Source: Candidatus Korobacteraceae bacterium
GTDB lineage: Bacteria > Acidobacteriota > Terriglobia > Terriglobales > Acidobacteriaceae
Length of the DNA: 64,000 bases
Direction: 5' to 3'
Assembly: GCA_049522855.1 (NCBI GenBank)
Contig: JBEKNL010000016.1
Coordinates: forward strand, 3,312-67,311
Both the position numbers and the translations under genes were made by a program. Shown piece by piece: positions 18,714 through 27,975 of this stretch. Each line of letters opens with the position of its first letter. Position 1 is the stretch's first letter. The notes below the pieces were generated by a model, which saw only the letters and a list, made by a program, of their open reading frames with translations, did not search any database and was not told the DNA's origin.

Positions 18714-20495
18714 TCACTGTCTTCCGAATGGTTCCGCCGTCGCAAAATAGCACGCCGATTGCGGCTGGCCGCGCAGGATGGCATAAATCTTTAGCGGCGC
18801 GTCCGGCCGAACCCTTCGCGCATATCCCGCGTAGCCAAGGTAGCCGTCCTTGATCCGGCGATTGTCCACCAGGGTCATGGGACGCCACTCGCCGACCACG
18901 CCCAGGCCGGTGATGATTCCATCCTCGGTGATCACAATTGCAGAGGGAGGACGCTGCTGCTCGCGGTCCCAAACCCAGCCGGCAACGCGGGCTACCTGCG
19001 ATGGGCCGCTTGCCTCCACCGTGGCCGTGGATTCCACGACGCCCGTACACTTCTCGGGCGAAGCCAAGCGGTATACCGATTCCAGGGGCTTGCCAAGCTG
19101 GGTGTAAGCATTGTCGGAATAGGCAGACAACCCGTTCTTCTGCATGAACTGTGTTTCGGCGGACACGACGGCCGGATTCGTGATGGCTGCCTTCGCGAAT
19201 TGCACGTCGTCGCGTGCTCCGACAAACATCGCGGCAGCCGCCACATTGATCTGGAACCCTCGTATTCTTGCTCCGCGCACGTCGTTGCGGGTGATGTGGG
19301 ACGACCAAACGATGATGGCAAGGATGCACACCTGGACAACCAGAAACCGCGCTCGCTTATTCGCCGAGACCGACTCGGACATCAATAACAGCAGCCCCAG
19401 GCAGCACCAGAACAAAAGAGCAAACGTGTGATATCGGGAGGCGAACGCCTGCCGAATGCCAAAATTCAAGCGGCCCAATGATGTAAGAAAGGCGGTCCCC
19501 AGGCAGAACACCGAGATCAGCACGAGCAGAACTGGAAACGGCCGGCCAGCGCGGAGGTATGCGCGGAAGCGGAAGAGCACGAAAAACGCGGCAGCCAGGC
19601 CAGCGATTCCAATGCATGCCGCCAGGCGAACGTCATGCCGCACCCAGGGGCTGCCGAAGTAGGTGGCTATGTATTGGAGAATTTCGAGTGGCGTCTGGAT
19701 TGATGAGGCTGGATTGCCGTGGCCGAGTGGACGATGGTAGTGGTGAAGATACAGCGCCGTGCTGACTGTCCCCGTGACCAGGAAACTCAGCACGGCTGCC
19801 AGACGCAACCGGAGCAACAGCGCCGCCGCCACCAGCAGGGGCCACAAGAGATTGCCGTTGGCCAGCGAGTAAGTTGCCCCCAGGGCCGCCAGGAGTGAGA
19901 GCAAGAGATACACCCATGTATGCCGATCGCCAGGTTGTCGCTCGGAATGCTTCCAGTAAAGCATCAGCTCAACCAACGACAAGGTGGCAAATAATTCCAG
20001 GAGGATGAAGCAGACCGAAAAGCCGATGATCAGGTTCTCCCATTGCGTGGGCCAGAAAAGGCAGAAGGCCGCAATGCCCACGCCGGTTCGCCACACCGTT
20101 CCCCGCCAACCGCCCAGCACTCGCATGCTCCAACCCAGCACCATCAAGAGCAGGAATTGCGTTGCCAGAATGCTGCTAAGCAAGAATTTCTGTCTGGCTC
20201 GAAACAGAAGCAGATCGGCTGCCAGGAATAGCTTCGGAATTACCATCCTGTGTTCGTTGTGTTGCTCCCATAACCAGGCGGGGGACAATGGACTCACCCT
20301 TCGCAAAGCAACGTCGATCTGTTCCCATCCGTCGGTCGATGGAAGGCTCGAGTAACTGGCGATGACCATGTACACAGCGGCGCCCGCGGTCAGCAGACCG
20401 GCCAGCAGGATGGCGTATGAAAGTGCGACAGAGGCACGGGGGAACGTTTCGTTACGCGTCAGGTCAACGTCATCTGTGGTATATGCCGAGTTCAC
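18714..20495 (-). CDS. hypothetical polytopic membrane protein with a C-terminal soluble domain
   Basis: More than 10 hydrophobic segments followed by about 150 soluble residues. I place the start at GTG 20495-20493, which forms a GTGA overlap with the upstream gene stop. The track start is 20540. Confidence 0.55.
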   Translation of the reverse strand: MNSAYTTDDVDLTRNETFPRASVALSYAILLAGLLTAGAAVYMVIASYSSLPSTDGWEQIDVALRRVSPLSPAWLWEQHNEHRMVIPKLFLAADLLLFRARQKFLLSSILATQFLLLMVLGWSMRVLGGWRGTVWRTGVGIAAFCLFWPTQWENLIIGFSVCFILLELFATLSLVELMLYWKHSERQPGDRHTWVYLLLSLLAALGATYSLANGNLLWPLLVAAALLLRLRLAAVLSFLVTGTVSTALYLHHYHRPLGHGNPASSIQTPLEILQYIATYFGSPWVRHDVRLAACIGIAGLAAAFFVLFRFRAYLRAGRPFPVLLVLISVFCLGTAFLTSLGRLNFGIRQAFASRYHTFALLFWCCLGLLLLMSESVSANKRARFLVVQVCILAIIVWSSHITRNDVRGARIRGFQINVAAAAMFVGARDDVQFAKAAITNPAVVSAETQFMQKNGLSAYSDNAYTQLGKPLESVYRLASPEKCTGVVESTATVEASGPSQVARVAGWVWDREQQRPPSAIVITEDGIITGLGVVGEWRPMTLVDNRRIKDGYLGYAGYARRVRPDAPLKIYAILRGQPQSACYFATAEPFGRQ

Positions 20496-21022
20496 TGGGT
20501 GAGCATCCGCGCTTTCACCGCTATCGCGCCCACGCACCACAGCAAGGCATCTTCTACGTGCTCTCGCAGCGATTGGTTGGTAAGAATATTTCCCAGTTGC
20601 GCGCCTTCCGTCAGGCGCGCCGCCAACTCGGTCAAGATGCCCTGATAGCGGTCCGGCATGTGCAGCTTGGTGGCGCGCACCAGGTCGTCAAAGACCAGCA
20701 GGCAGTCCAGGATCACTCCGTCGGGATCAGCTGGTTGCGAATTAACCCGATACAGCGCCTCCGCGATATCGCAAAACGTTTCGATTGCTTCGGGAGGAGG
20801 ACCAAGCTTCGCCATGCTGGGATCGAGCGCCAGCGCCTGCGCAGCTGAGCCGGGGTGAGCGAAGAATACGATGCGCCCGTCGGATGTAAGCGGGCGTTCA
20901 TCATCGCCGCCGACTGCCAACAAGGTGTAAAACTGCGGACCATCATGGCCGCCGTCCACACGGAAGCCAATGAGGACCAGTTCTTCGTGTGGCCGGTGGT
21001 GAAGAACGTGTAACTCGGGCAT
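20492..21022 (-). CDS. hypothetical cytoplasmic protein
   Basis: 176-aa ORF, translationally coupled to the downstream membrane protein. No family recognised. Confidence 0.5.
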   Translation of the reverse strand: MPELHVLHHRPHEELVLIGFRVDGGHDGPQFYTLLAVGGDDERPLTSDGRIVFFAHPGSAAQALALDPSMAKLGPPPEAIETFCDIAEALYRVNSQPADPDGVILDCLLVFDDLVRATKLHMPDRYQGILTELAARLTEGAQLGNILTNQSLREHVEDALLWCVGAIAVKARMLTQ

Positions 21023-21033
21023 GGGGAGATATT

Positions 21034-21122
21034 ACAGTTGCCGGTTGCCAGTTGTCAGTTGGCCAGGAAAAGCTGAAGCAGGCCCGTCAAGAGTGCACCG
21101 TGCAACTGGCCACTGGCAACTG
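21034..21122. repeat. periodic inverted repeat (cagttgcc/cagttgtc units) with ~35-nt loop
   Basis: cagttgccggttgccagttgtcagttggccag ... gcaactggccactggcaactga. It lies between the divergent 20492-21022 gene and htpX. Confidence 0.75.
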
Positions 21123-21167
21123 AATTTGCGCAACCGGACGCCTCCGTTATCATCTACATTTGTAGAT

Positions 21168-22034
21168 ATGGGAAACACCTTCAAGACCGCGTTACTGCTG
21201 ACCGCATTGACGCTTTTCCTGTTGTTGATGGGCGAAATCTTCGGCGGCCAGCGAGGCATGGAGATCGCCCTCGCGTTCGCCGTCATCATGAATTTCGTTT
21301 CGTATTTCTACAGTGACAAGATCGCGCTGGCCATGTACCGCGCGCAGCCCGTCACCCGCGAACAACCGCCGCGCGCTTACCAGGTGGTCGAGCGGCTTAC
21401 GCAAAAGATCGGCATCCCCATGCCGAAGATGTACGTGATCCCCACCGATTCGCCTAACGCCTTTGCCACCGGACGCAATCCCCAGCACGCGTCGGTTGCG
21501 ATGACGGAAGGGATTTTGAACCTGCTCACCGACGAGGAACTGGAAGGCGTGCTGGCGCATGAACTGGGACACGTGACGAACCGCGACATTCTCATCAGCT
21601 CGATCGCCGCAACTCTAGCGGGTGCGATCACCATGCTGGCGCGCATGGGTTATTGGGCTTCGCTCTTCGGGGGCATGGGAGGCCGCGACGATCGCGACCG
21701 TGGAGGCGGCGGCTTCGTTGCGCTGCTGATGTTGATCCTAGCGCCAATCGCAGCCACTCTCATTCAGCTTGCGGTTTCGCGATCGCGGGAATACCAGGCC
21801 GACGCCACCGGCGCGCAGATCACCGGTAATCCTTATGCTCTGGCTAGCGCGCTGCAAAAGCTCGATGCCTATTCCAAGCGCATCCCGATGCAGGCTTCGC
21901 CATCGAATGCGCATCTCTTCATCGTTGCGCCGCTGCTTAGCGGCGTCACCTTCGCGAATCTGTTCTCCACCCATCCGCCCATCGCCAAGCGCATCGAGCG
22001 CCTTACCGGGCGGCCAGCCGACCTGGATTATTGA
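21168..22034 (+). CDS. htpX: zinc metalloprotease HtpX (peptidase M48)
   Basis: [20 protein letters not shown]-terminus and the HELGHV zinc motif. Start set at ATG 21168, because the track ORF start 21021 lies upstream of, and that ORF runs through, the repeat. Confidence 0.9.
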   Translation: MGNTFKTALLLTALTLFLLLMGEIFGGQRGMEIALAFAVIMNFVSYFYSDKIALAMYRAQPVTREQPPRAYQVVERLTQKIGIPMPKMYVIPTDSPNAFATGRNPQHASVAMTEGILNLLTDEELEGVLAHELGHVTNRDILISSIAATLAGAITMLARMGYWASLFGGMGGRDDRDRGGGGFVALLMLILAPIAATLIQLAVSRSREYQADATGAQITGNPYALASALQKLDAYSKRIPMQASPSNAHLFIVAPLLSGVTFANLFSTHPPIAKRIERLTGRPADLDY

Positions 22035-22463
22035 TCGTCGCCCGCGGATGGCGTGCAGACATTTCGAACGCCGTCTTTCGCCCTGCAGATCTCATGTCCC
22101 ACAATGTCAGATACCGAAACTGGCCGCAGCAAAGTGCGCCTCAACTTACTGAGGGACCGTGGCCCAATGAGCGCTGCTGTGGAGAAAATGGGGCCGCCCT
22201 TGGAGAATCCCCCTGCTAAGTTCTTGTGTGCGCCGCCTCTCGCGCCTGCAAGAAAAAATCCTCTCCTTTGCTTTCTTGCAGTTAGCAAGCGGCGACGTAA
22301 ATGTAAATGCTAAACGGGAATGCGATCAAGATGCGCTCCATTAGCGGTTTACAATCGGACAGCCGCGGTTCATAATTATGTTTGAGCGATTGGTTAATCC
22401 CGGGTTCTCACCTTTCCAAACTCACCGAGATTTCTGCATATCCCACATTGTGGGAGGAGAATT

Positions 22464-22685
22464 ATGACACCAAATTCCGGTAATCCTACAGAGCCCAACC
22501 CTCGAGAACGTATTTGGTTTTTTCCGGACAAGTTTTGGCGGGCCACCAAGAACATGCCTCCGGACGAGGTTACGCATCTGATGGCAGAAGTTGAGGGCTA
22601 TGCCGCCGCGGGCGATGTGCAGGCACTCCGCAAATATCCTTTTGTGGTGGTTGGAGATCCTTACAAGAAGAAGTCGGTTGCCTGA
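22464..22685 (+). CDS. hypothetical 73-aa protein
   Basis: Strong SD (gggaggagaattATG) in an AT-richer intergenic island. No family recognised. Confidence 0.5.
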   Translation: MTPNSGNPTEPNPRERIWFFPDKFWRATKNMPPDEVTHLMAEVEGYAAAGDVQALRKYPFVVVGDPYKKKSVA

Positions 22686-22692
22686 TTCGGAA

Positions 22693-24198
22693 TCAGGCGC
22701 TTGAGCGCGGACCGGCGGCCACTTTGCGCGCGTGTCCCGCAACCGGAGATGCCGCCGCCGGCTTGGCTGCCTGCGGACGGACCATGATTGGGCACGCGCA
22801 GGTCGTTTCCAGCAAGTATCGCGCGCGGGCCACACGTTCCGCCACCGGACTGATTTCTTGCAGGCCCCGCCCGTAAACAATCAGCATTCCGTCCCGTCGT
22901 TCCACCGCGACCCGGTCGATCTGCCGGTCGTGAGAGAAATCGAAAGCGTCCGCCAGCCTGAGAATACCCGCGATGGGCAAGAGCGCCCTTCGCCGTTTTG
23001 GCGTGAGTCCCACAAACGCGGAGTTGCTGGTTTGCGGAAGCGCCCCGCCATGATAGCGGGCAATCACGGCGACGCACTGGAGTTCCTCCGCGCTCCATCC
23101 CAGGGGAGGCTTGAGCCGGCGAATCATGGAATAAGCGCGCTTGCGATGGCCCTCGGGGCCGCGGCTTCGTCCCACCTCATGCAGCATGGCTGCCGCCTCC
23201 AGGATACGGCGGTACTCTGCTTCGGCAATCACGATCCCCTGCTTCGCCAAGCCGTCGTAAAGTTGCAGCGCAAGCCGGGTCACATGCGCCGAGTGGTTCA
23301 CGTCAGGATCCAGGAAGGAAGCCCAGGTCCGCAGCTTCTCCATGGCGGCCTGTTGCAATGAGGGACCGCGCGGCAGTTCATCGCGCCACACCGGCCAAAG
23401 CGAATTCTTGCCGAGCATTTTCTGGCGATACAAATCCAGCCGCTGCTGCCGTTCCTCGGCAATTCTCTTGTTCCAGCGCTCGCGATCTTCGGCCGCAATT
23501 CCAGGATGCGCCTTAATCGTCGCCTTCAGTACATCGAAGTCATGCACCTCGCCGAGAGCGTCCTGCAGCTCGCGCAGGTCCTTGGCCCACTTTTCGTGGC
23601 GCTGCGGAAGAAAATTTTCGCAGGTGTAGCGGAAGCGCTTGATGCCGATTCGCAACCGGTGATAGCCGACTTGCGTGCGGTTTCGCAGGGCCTGCCGGTG
23701 TAACGCGTGTGCGTCCATCCAGCGCTCCAGCGCGAGATGCTGGAACACCAGCCCTTCCACTGGGACCCGGCCCGCCCGTTTCGCCAACCGAGCATTCAAC
23801 GCGGTCCATCGCTTGCGGTTGAAGTTGTGGAGCGCCTCTTGCGCGGCCGCCTTGAGCTGGCTTTCTTTCTGGCCCAGGGTTTCGAGCAGGACCAGGCGAA
23901 CAGGATCGTCAGGTTCCGAAAGACGGGTGACCCATTCCAACATGACCTGCACATCGCGCAGATCGCCCAGGCTGCTGAAGAGGGCCTTGCCCAGCCTCTT
24001 CATCTCCTTCCATGCGGGGTCCGGATCGACCGACAGGAAGCCGTCCGCCATCGAGCGGCAACGGCGAATGGCGACCCGCAGATCGTGCACGGGATCGGCG
24101 GCAAATTCATGGCTGGCGTTGTCACACTCCTCCAGCGTGCGCTGCGCCCAATGGGCGAGCCCGGCTTTGTTGTCGTGAGTGGGGGGACGCGGCGGCAT
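22693..24198 (-). CDS. CHAD domain protein fused to a Ppx/GppA-type HD-like C-terminal domain
   Basis: The N-terminus has ...DPVHDLRVAIRRCRSMADGF... and repeated RIGIKRFRY-type CHAD helices. The C-terminus has HSAHVTRLALQLYD...AAMLHEVGR...IARYHGG, typical of the Ppx/GppA C-terminal domain. Confidence 0.7.
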   Translation of the reverse strand: MPPRPPTHDNKAGLAHWAQRTLEECDNASHEFAADPVHDLRVAIRRCRSMADGFLSVDPDPAWKEMKRLGKALFSSLGDLRDVQVMLEWVTRLSEPDDPVRLVLLETLGQKESQLKAAAQEALHNFNRKRWTALNARLAKRAGRVPVEGLVFQHLALERWMDAHALHRQALRNRTQVGYHRLRIGIKRFRYTCENFLPQRHEKWAKDLRELQDALGEVHDFDVLKATIKAHPGIAAEDRERWNKRIAEERQQRLDLYRQKMLGKNSLWPVWRDELPRGPSLQQAAMEKLRTWASFLDPDVNHSAHVTRLALQLYDGLAKQGIVIAEAEYRRILEAAAMLHEVGRSRGPEGHRKRAYSMIRRLKPPLGWSAEELQCVAVIARYHGGALPQTSNSAFVGLTPKRRRALLPIAGILRLADAFDFSHDRQIDRVAVERRDGMLIVYGRGLQEISPVAERVARARYLLETTCACPIMVRPQAAKPAAASPVAGHARKVAAGPRSSA

Positions 24199-24302
24199 GA
24201 GATTGAATCCTGTTTGCTTTTACTCTACAGCGATTCCGCGTGCCGGGGCAGCAGAAATGGTGGGGGGCAGGAAAAGCGCATCGGCTCGAAAACTGGCGGG
24301 CC

Positions 24303-25796
24303 CTACAGGTACACTCGCTCGGCGCTGCGCAGATTTCGATAGCGCTGGAAAACTGTCTTGTCGCTTTCCAGGCCGAGCAGCGATTTGATCGAGGTGCCGC
24401 GGAAGGTGTGCGCCAACATCTTCCACCAGTTGCGCAACACGAACAGCGGTTCATGCGCCATCACGGCTGGGATGTGCCGGGTCTTCATCCAACGCTCGGC
24501 GCGCCATCTCTCATACTCGATTTCCTCGGGTTGCAGGTGCTGCGTGGCGACAACGGCGGTGGTGCCGTCGTACTCCTCCATCTTGTCGATGACGATCAAA
24601 TTGCGCGCGCGAAAATCTTTCGTCATCGGCGTACCCGGATAGGGCGTCGGATGCTGGATGTAGGGCCAGTCCACATACTTGCCGGCAAACTCCAGATTGG
24701 CCCGGATGGATTCGCGGGTGTCATCGGGATTGCCGACGATGAGTCCGCCCACCACATACATCTTGTTTCTGTGTAAATGCTCAATAGCACGAAGCGTCGC
24801 ATTGCCCGTAATGCGGCCGTCTTCGCGGAACTCATTCTTGGCCGCCGCTTTCAAGAAGTGGAGATCGTCTTCGAGGATGTTCTCGATGCCGAGAAAAACA
24901 TAGCGAAATCCGGCCTGGCGCATCAGCGGCGCCAGGGTCTCGCCATGCATGGCAATGGGCGATGTCATCGCCTGCACGGTGTAATCGATGTCGTTCAAGC
25001 CGGCATCGATGATGGCGCGGCATAGCGCTTCAAAGCGGCGGATGTTAAGGCTGATGTTGTCGTCCACGATAAAAATAGCGCGCGCGCCGTGCTCCCTGGC
25101 GTCGCGAATGTCGGCCAGCACGCGCTCGAACGAGTAAGTGTGAAAGTTGCGCCCACGCATCTCGATGATCGAGCAGAAACCGCAATCGAAGGTGCATCCG
25201 CGCGAGGTCTCCACCACATCCACCCCGCGCCCCAGCATGGTATAGCCGCTAAGCACACGAGCGTCGCGCTTGGGCAAACGGATTTCATCGCCCTCGAGGG
25301 AATGCACAGGTCGCGGAAGATTCTGATGCCAGCCATCCTCCGCGTGATACGACAGTCCCTGGATCGCAGCGAAGCCTTCGTCGCTTTCGAGCGAGCGCAG
25401 CAGCTCGCGGAAGGTAATCTCGCCTTCACCGCGGACAATGTAATCGATGCCGCACCCGTCTTCCATATAGGCTTCGGGCGCCAGGCTGGGATCGTAGCCA
25501 CCCACGACGATGCGAACAGCGGGCCGCAATGAGCGCAACAGTTGGATGATGCGCAGCGCCGTCTTGCGCTGGAAGGTCATGACGGAAAGGCCAACTACGT
25601 CCGGCTGGTTTTCGCGCACCAGCCGCTCCACCGTTTCACGCACCTGGTGCTGGACCAGGATCAGGTCGGCCGCTGCCACTGTGTGGTGCGCATCGATATT
25701 TCCTGCCAGGGAACACAGCGCACCGTTGGGCATCCGCACCGCGACCGTCGGCATGTGCTCGAAGGAGTCGGGCATGGAAAGGAGGAGTACATTCAT
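24303..25796 (-). CDS. B12-binding-domain radical SAM protein (class B)
   Basis: N-terminal cobalamin-binding-like Rossmann region, then SRGCTFDCGFCS (CxxxCxxC radical SAM cluster). Confidence 0.85.
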   Translation of the reverse strand: MNVLLLSMPDSFEHMPTVAVRMPNGALCSLAGNIDAHHTVAAADLILVQHQVRETVERLVRENQPDVVGLSVMTFQRKTALRIIQLLRSLRPAVRIVVGGYDPSLAPEAYMEDGCGIDYIVRGEGEITFRELLRSLESDEGFAAIQGLSYHAEDGWHQNLPRPVHSLEGDEIRLPKRDARVLSGYTMLGRGVDVVETSRGCTFDCGFCSIIEMRGRNFHTYSFERVLADIRDAREHGARAIFIVDDNISLNIRRFEALCRAIIDAGLNDIDYTVQAMTSPIAMHGETLAPLMRQAGFRYVFLGIENILEDDLHFLKAAAKNEFREDGRITGNATLRAIEHLHRNKMYVVGGLIVGNPDDTRESIRANLEFAGKYVDWPYIQHPTPYPGTPMTKDFRARNLIVIDKMEEYDGTTAVVATQHLQPEEIEYERWRAERWMKTRHIPAVMAHEPLFVLRNWWKMLAHTFRGTSIKSLLGLESDKTVFQRYRNLRSAERVYL

Positions 25797-25935
25797 GGCA
25801 CGGCTCCGGCTGACACGGTGGTTCCCACGACCTGAAATATCTGGTTGGCATACATGCTACACCGGAATTGGCGTCAATTGGCGGGAAGAATGGGATGAGA
25901 GCGAAGCAGGATATCAAGTACCAGGCTGGTTTGAT

Positions 25936-26012
25936 TGGTGGCGGCGGCTGGACTCGAACCAGCGACCTACGGATTATGAGACCGTCGCTCTAACCACCTG
26001 AGCTACACCGCC
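25936..26012 (-). tRNA. tRNA with CAU anticodon (elongator Met type; tRNA-Ile2/lysidine not excluded), CCA encoded
   Basis: The reverse complement GGCGGTGTAGCTCAGGTGGTTAGAGCGACGGTCTCATAATCCGTAGGTCGCTGGTTCGAGTCCAGCCGCCGCCACCA folds as a cloverleaf. G1-C72 is paired, so it is not an initiator. Confidence 0.9.
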
Positions 26013-26346
26013 AAAGGTCAGACACACGGGCCGCGTCGGGCCGCAGAGAACGTGAGCAGAGAATCTGCCACATGCCTGAGCGCATAAGAACGTCTACCGC
26101 GCTCGATCATAAGAAAGGCCGGACGTGACCGCGTCCAGCCCACTCTTGATTCTAGAAGCGGCCCTATGGGCTGTCAAACCGCGGCTCACGCTAGAATTCC
26201 ATGCCGGACGCGACGCCGACGATCGGAGCTCCTGGGCTCTGCAAAGTCTGTAACCCTGCTGTAATCAGAGAAGTGTAAAAGTTCAGGGATTCGCGCGCGA
26301 AGGGGAACAGATGTGGTCCCTTACAATGTGCAGGAGATAGGTAGCC

Positions 26347-27795
26347 ATGCGCGGTCATCTTCCAGTTCGACCACTTTGGCTTCCCATGGAAACCCCGTGG
26401 TTCCTGCAGGGTTTCCGTCGGAGCCTGATGGTGCTCGCACTGGCTGTCACGGCATTGGTCGTATCTTGTTTCGCGCAGGATGTCCCGGCGGGCGACGCGC
26501 AACCGCCTGCTCCTGATTCGAAGGCAACTTTCTTCGAGCACTCGCAGACTTCGAAGTGGTGGTTTTCCGGAGAGGCGAACATCGTCTTCCAGGCGCACGG
26601 CGACTTTTACGCGCTTTACAATGGCAGCAACAGTCTCCACAACAAGGCCGAGACCGCAACCTCGCGTGTCCTGACGTTCTTCAGCGGCTACGAATTCAAC
26701 CCGAACACCATGGCTTATCTCGACGTCGAGGAGGCAGGTTGGGGCGGGATAAGTGGCGCGTTGGGATTGGCGGGCTTCACCAACCTGGACGTAGTCCGTA
26801 ATCCCTCGCTGGGTGCTCAGCCCTATATCGCGCGGCTGATGATGGAGCAGATCATTCCGCTGTCGAAGGAAAAGATGGAAGTCGAGCGGACGGCGTTGTC
26901 ACTTCCAACCCAGGTCCCGGTGCGGCGCTTTGAAATGCGCTTCGGGAAATTTTCGCTGGCCGACTTCTTTGACGTCAACGTTGGCGGCACCGACAGCCAC
27001 TACCAGTTTCTGAACTGGGTCATAGACAACAATGGCGCATGGGACTATGCCGCCGATACCCGCGGCTACACCGTTGGCGCCATTCTCGACTACGAAGACC
27101 GCAACTGGGGCCTGCGCTTCGCGGAAGTGTTGATGCCGAAGATCGCGAACGGCCCCAACCTCGATGCCGATGTGGCCCGTGCTCGCGCCGAGAATATTGA
27201 ACTGGAACTGCGGCCGAAGCTGCTGAAGAACAAAGACACGACCATCCGCGTTCTGAACTATGTCAATCACGCTAATATGGGCGATTACCAACAGGCGGTG
27301 CAGTTTTATCTGGACCATGTCACGCCCACGCCCGATGTCACCGCCACTCGCAAGCAGGGAACGGTCAAGTATGGCTTCGGATTCAATTTCGAGCAGGAGG
27401 TGTCCAGCGACATTTGGGCGTTCGGCCGGTGGGGGTGGAACGAAGGGCAGCACGAGTCGTTTGCCTATACCGAAGATAACGAAGGCGTGGAATTGGGGGC
27501 GTATGCAAAGGGCGCGCGCTGGCATCGCAGCCTCGACCGTGGCGGAGTGGCGTTCGTGTCGAGCGGCATCTCGAAAGCGCATCAGGCATATCTGGCCGAC
27601 GGAGGCCTGGGATTTCTGCTGGGCGATGGCGGACTCACGTACGGCCGCGAAACCATCGAGGAGGCCTTCTACACCACCCACATCTGGCGCGGTGTCTTCC
27701 TCGCCTTCGACCTGCAGCACATCAACAATCCCGGATATAACCAGGTCCGCGGCCCCGTGACTGTGCCCGGGTTGCGGCTGCACTTGGAATTTTGA
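26347..27795 (+). CDS. carbohydrate-selective porin, OprB family
   Basis: Signal peptide, alternating beta-strand pattern, C-terminal ...GLRLHLEF, and similarity I recognise to OprB-type porins. AGGAG lies 9 nt upstream of the ATG. Confidence 0.7.
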   Translation: MRGHLPVRPLWLPMETPWFLQGFRRSLMVLALAVTALVVSCFAQDVPAGDAQPPAPDSKATFFEHSQTSKWWFSGEANIVFQAHGDFYALYNGSNSLHNKAETATSRVLTFFSGYEFNPNTMAYLDVEEAGWGGISGALGLAGFTNLDVVRNPSLGAQPYIARLMMEQIIPLSKEKMEVERTALSLPTQVPVRRFEMRFGKFSLADFFDVNVGGTDSHYQFLNWVIDNNGAWDYAADTRGYTVGAILDYEDRNWGLRFAEVLMPKIANGPNLDADVARARAENIELELRPKLLKNKDTTIRVLNYVNHANMGDYQQAVQFYLDHVTPTPDVTATRKQGTVKYGFGFNFEQEVSSDIWAFGRWGWNEGQHESFAYTEDNEGVELGAYAKGARWHRSLDRGGVAFVSSGISKAHQAYLADGGLGFLLGDGGLTYGRETIEEAFYTTHIWRGVFLAFDLQHINNPGYNQVRGPVTVPGLRLHLEF

Positions 27796-27797
27796 GA

Positions 27798-27956
27798 GCA
27801 GTTGTCAGTCGTCAGTTTTCAGTTGGCTATACAAGCTTTGTCATCCTGAGCGAGCCCGCCGCGGCGGGCGAGTCGAAGGACCCCTATGCTGCCCACGCAT
27901 CTTCTACCGGCAGGCTTTTGCAACTGACAACCGGCTACTGACTACTGGCTACTGAC
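27798..27956. repeat. periodic inverted repeat (tcagt/actga units) whose loop contains a gtcatcctgag element
   Basis: gcagttgtcagtcgtcagttttcagttggc ... gcaactgacaaccggctactgactactggctactgac. It lies between the porin gene and mfd. Confidence 0.7.
27838..27889. repeat. gtcatcctgag / tcgaaggacccc element with a gcccgccgcggcgggc palindromic core
   Basis: ttgtcatcctgagcgagcccgccgcggcgggcgagtcgaaggacccctatgc. Confidence 0.7.
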
Positions 27957-27975
27957 AAGGTAAACTAGTCAGGCA

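Noticed and set aside
22464-25796. RiPP-like cluster (small peptide plus class B radical SAM maturase)
   Set aside because: The 73-codon gene is on the opposite strand and convergent. It is separated from the radical SAM gene by the CHAD/HD gene. I saw no leader/core features, and no protease or transporter is present.
25797-25935. Possible cobalamin riboswitch upstream of the B12-radical SAM gene, because gtcagccggagccgtgcc vaguely resembles a B12 box
   Set aside because: Only 139 nt are available between the tRNA and the start codon. I could not find the GCCACTG core or the GGTG...AA..CC elements in the right order. The resemblance is limited to one short GC-rich stretch.
22035-26012. tRNA-linked genomic island downstream of the tRNA(CAU) 3-prime end
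   Set aside because: There is no integrase. I found no direct repeat of the tRNA 3-prime end in the 22.0-25.9 kb region. The genes between (radical SAM, CHAD/HD) have the same GC-rich character as the rest of the window.
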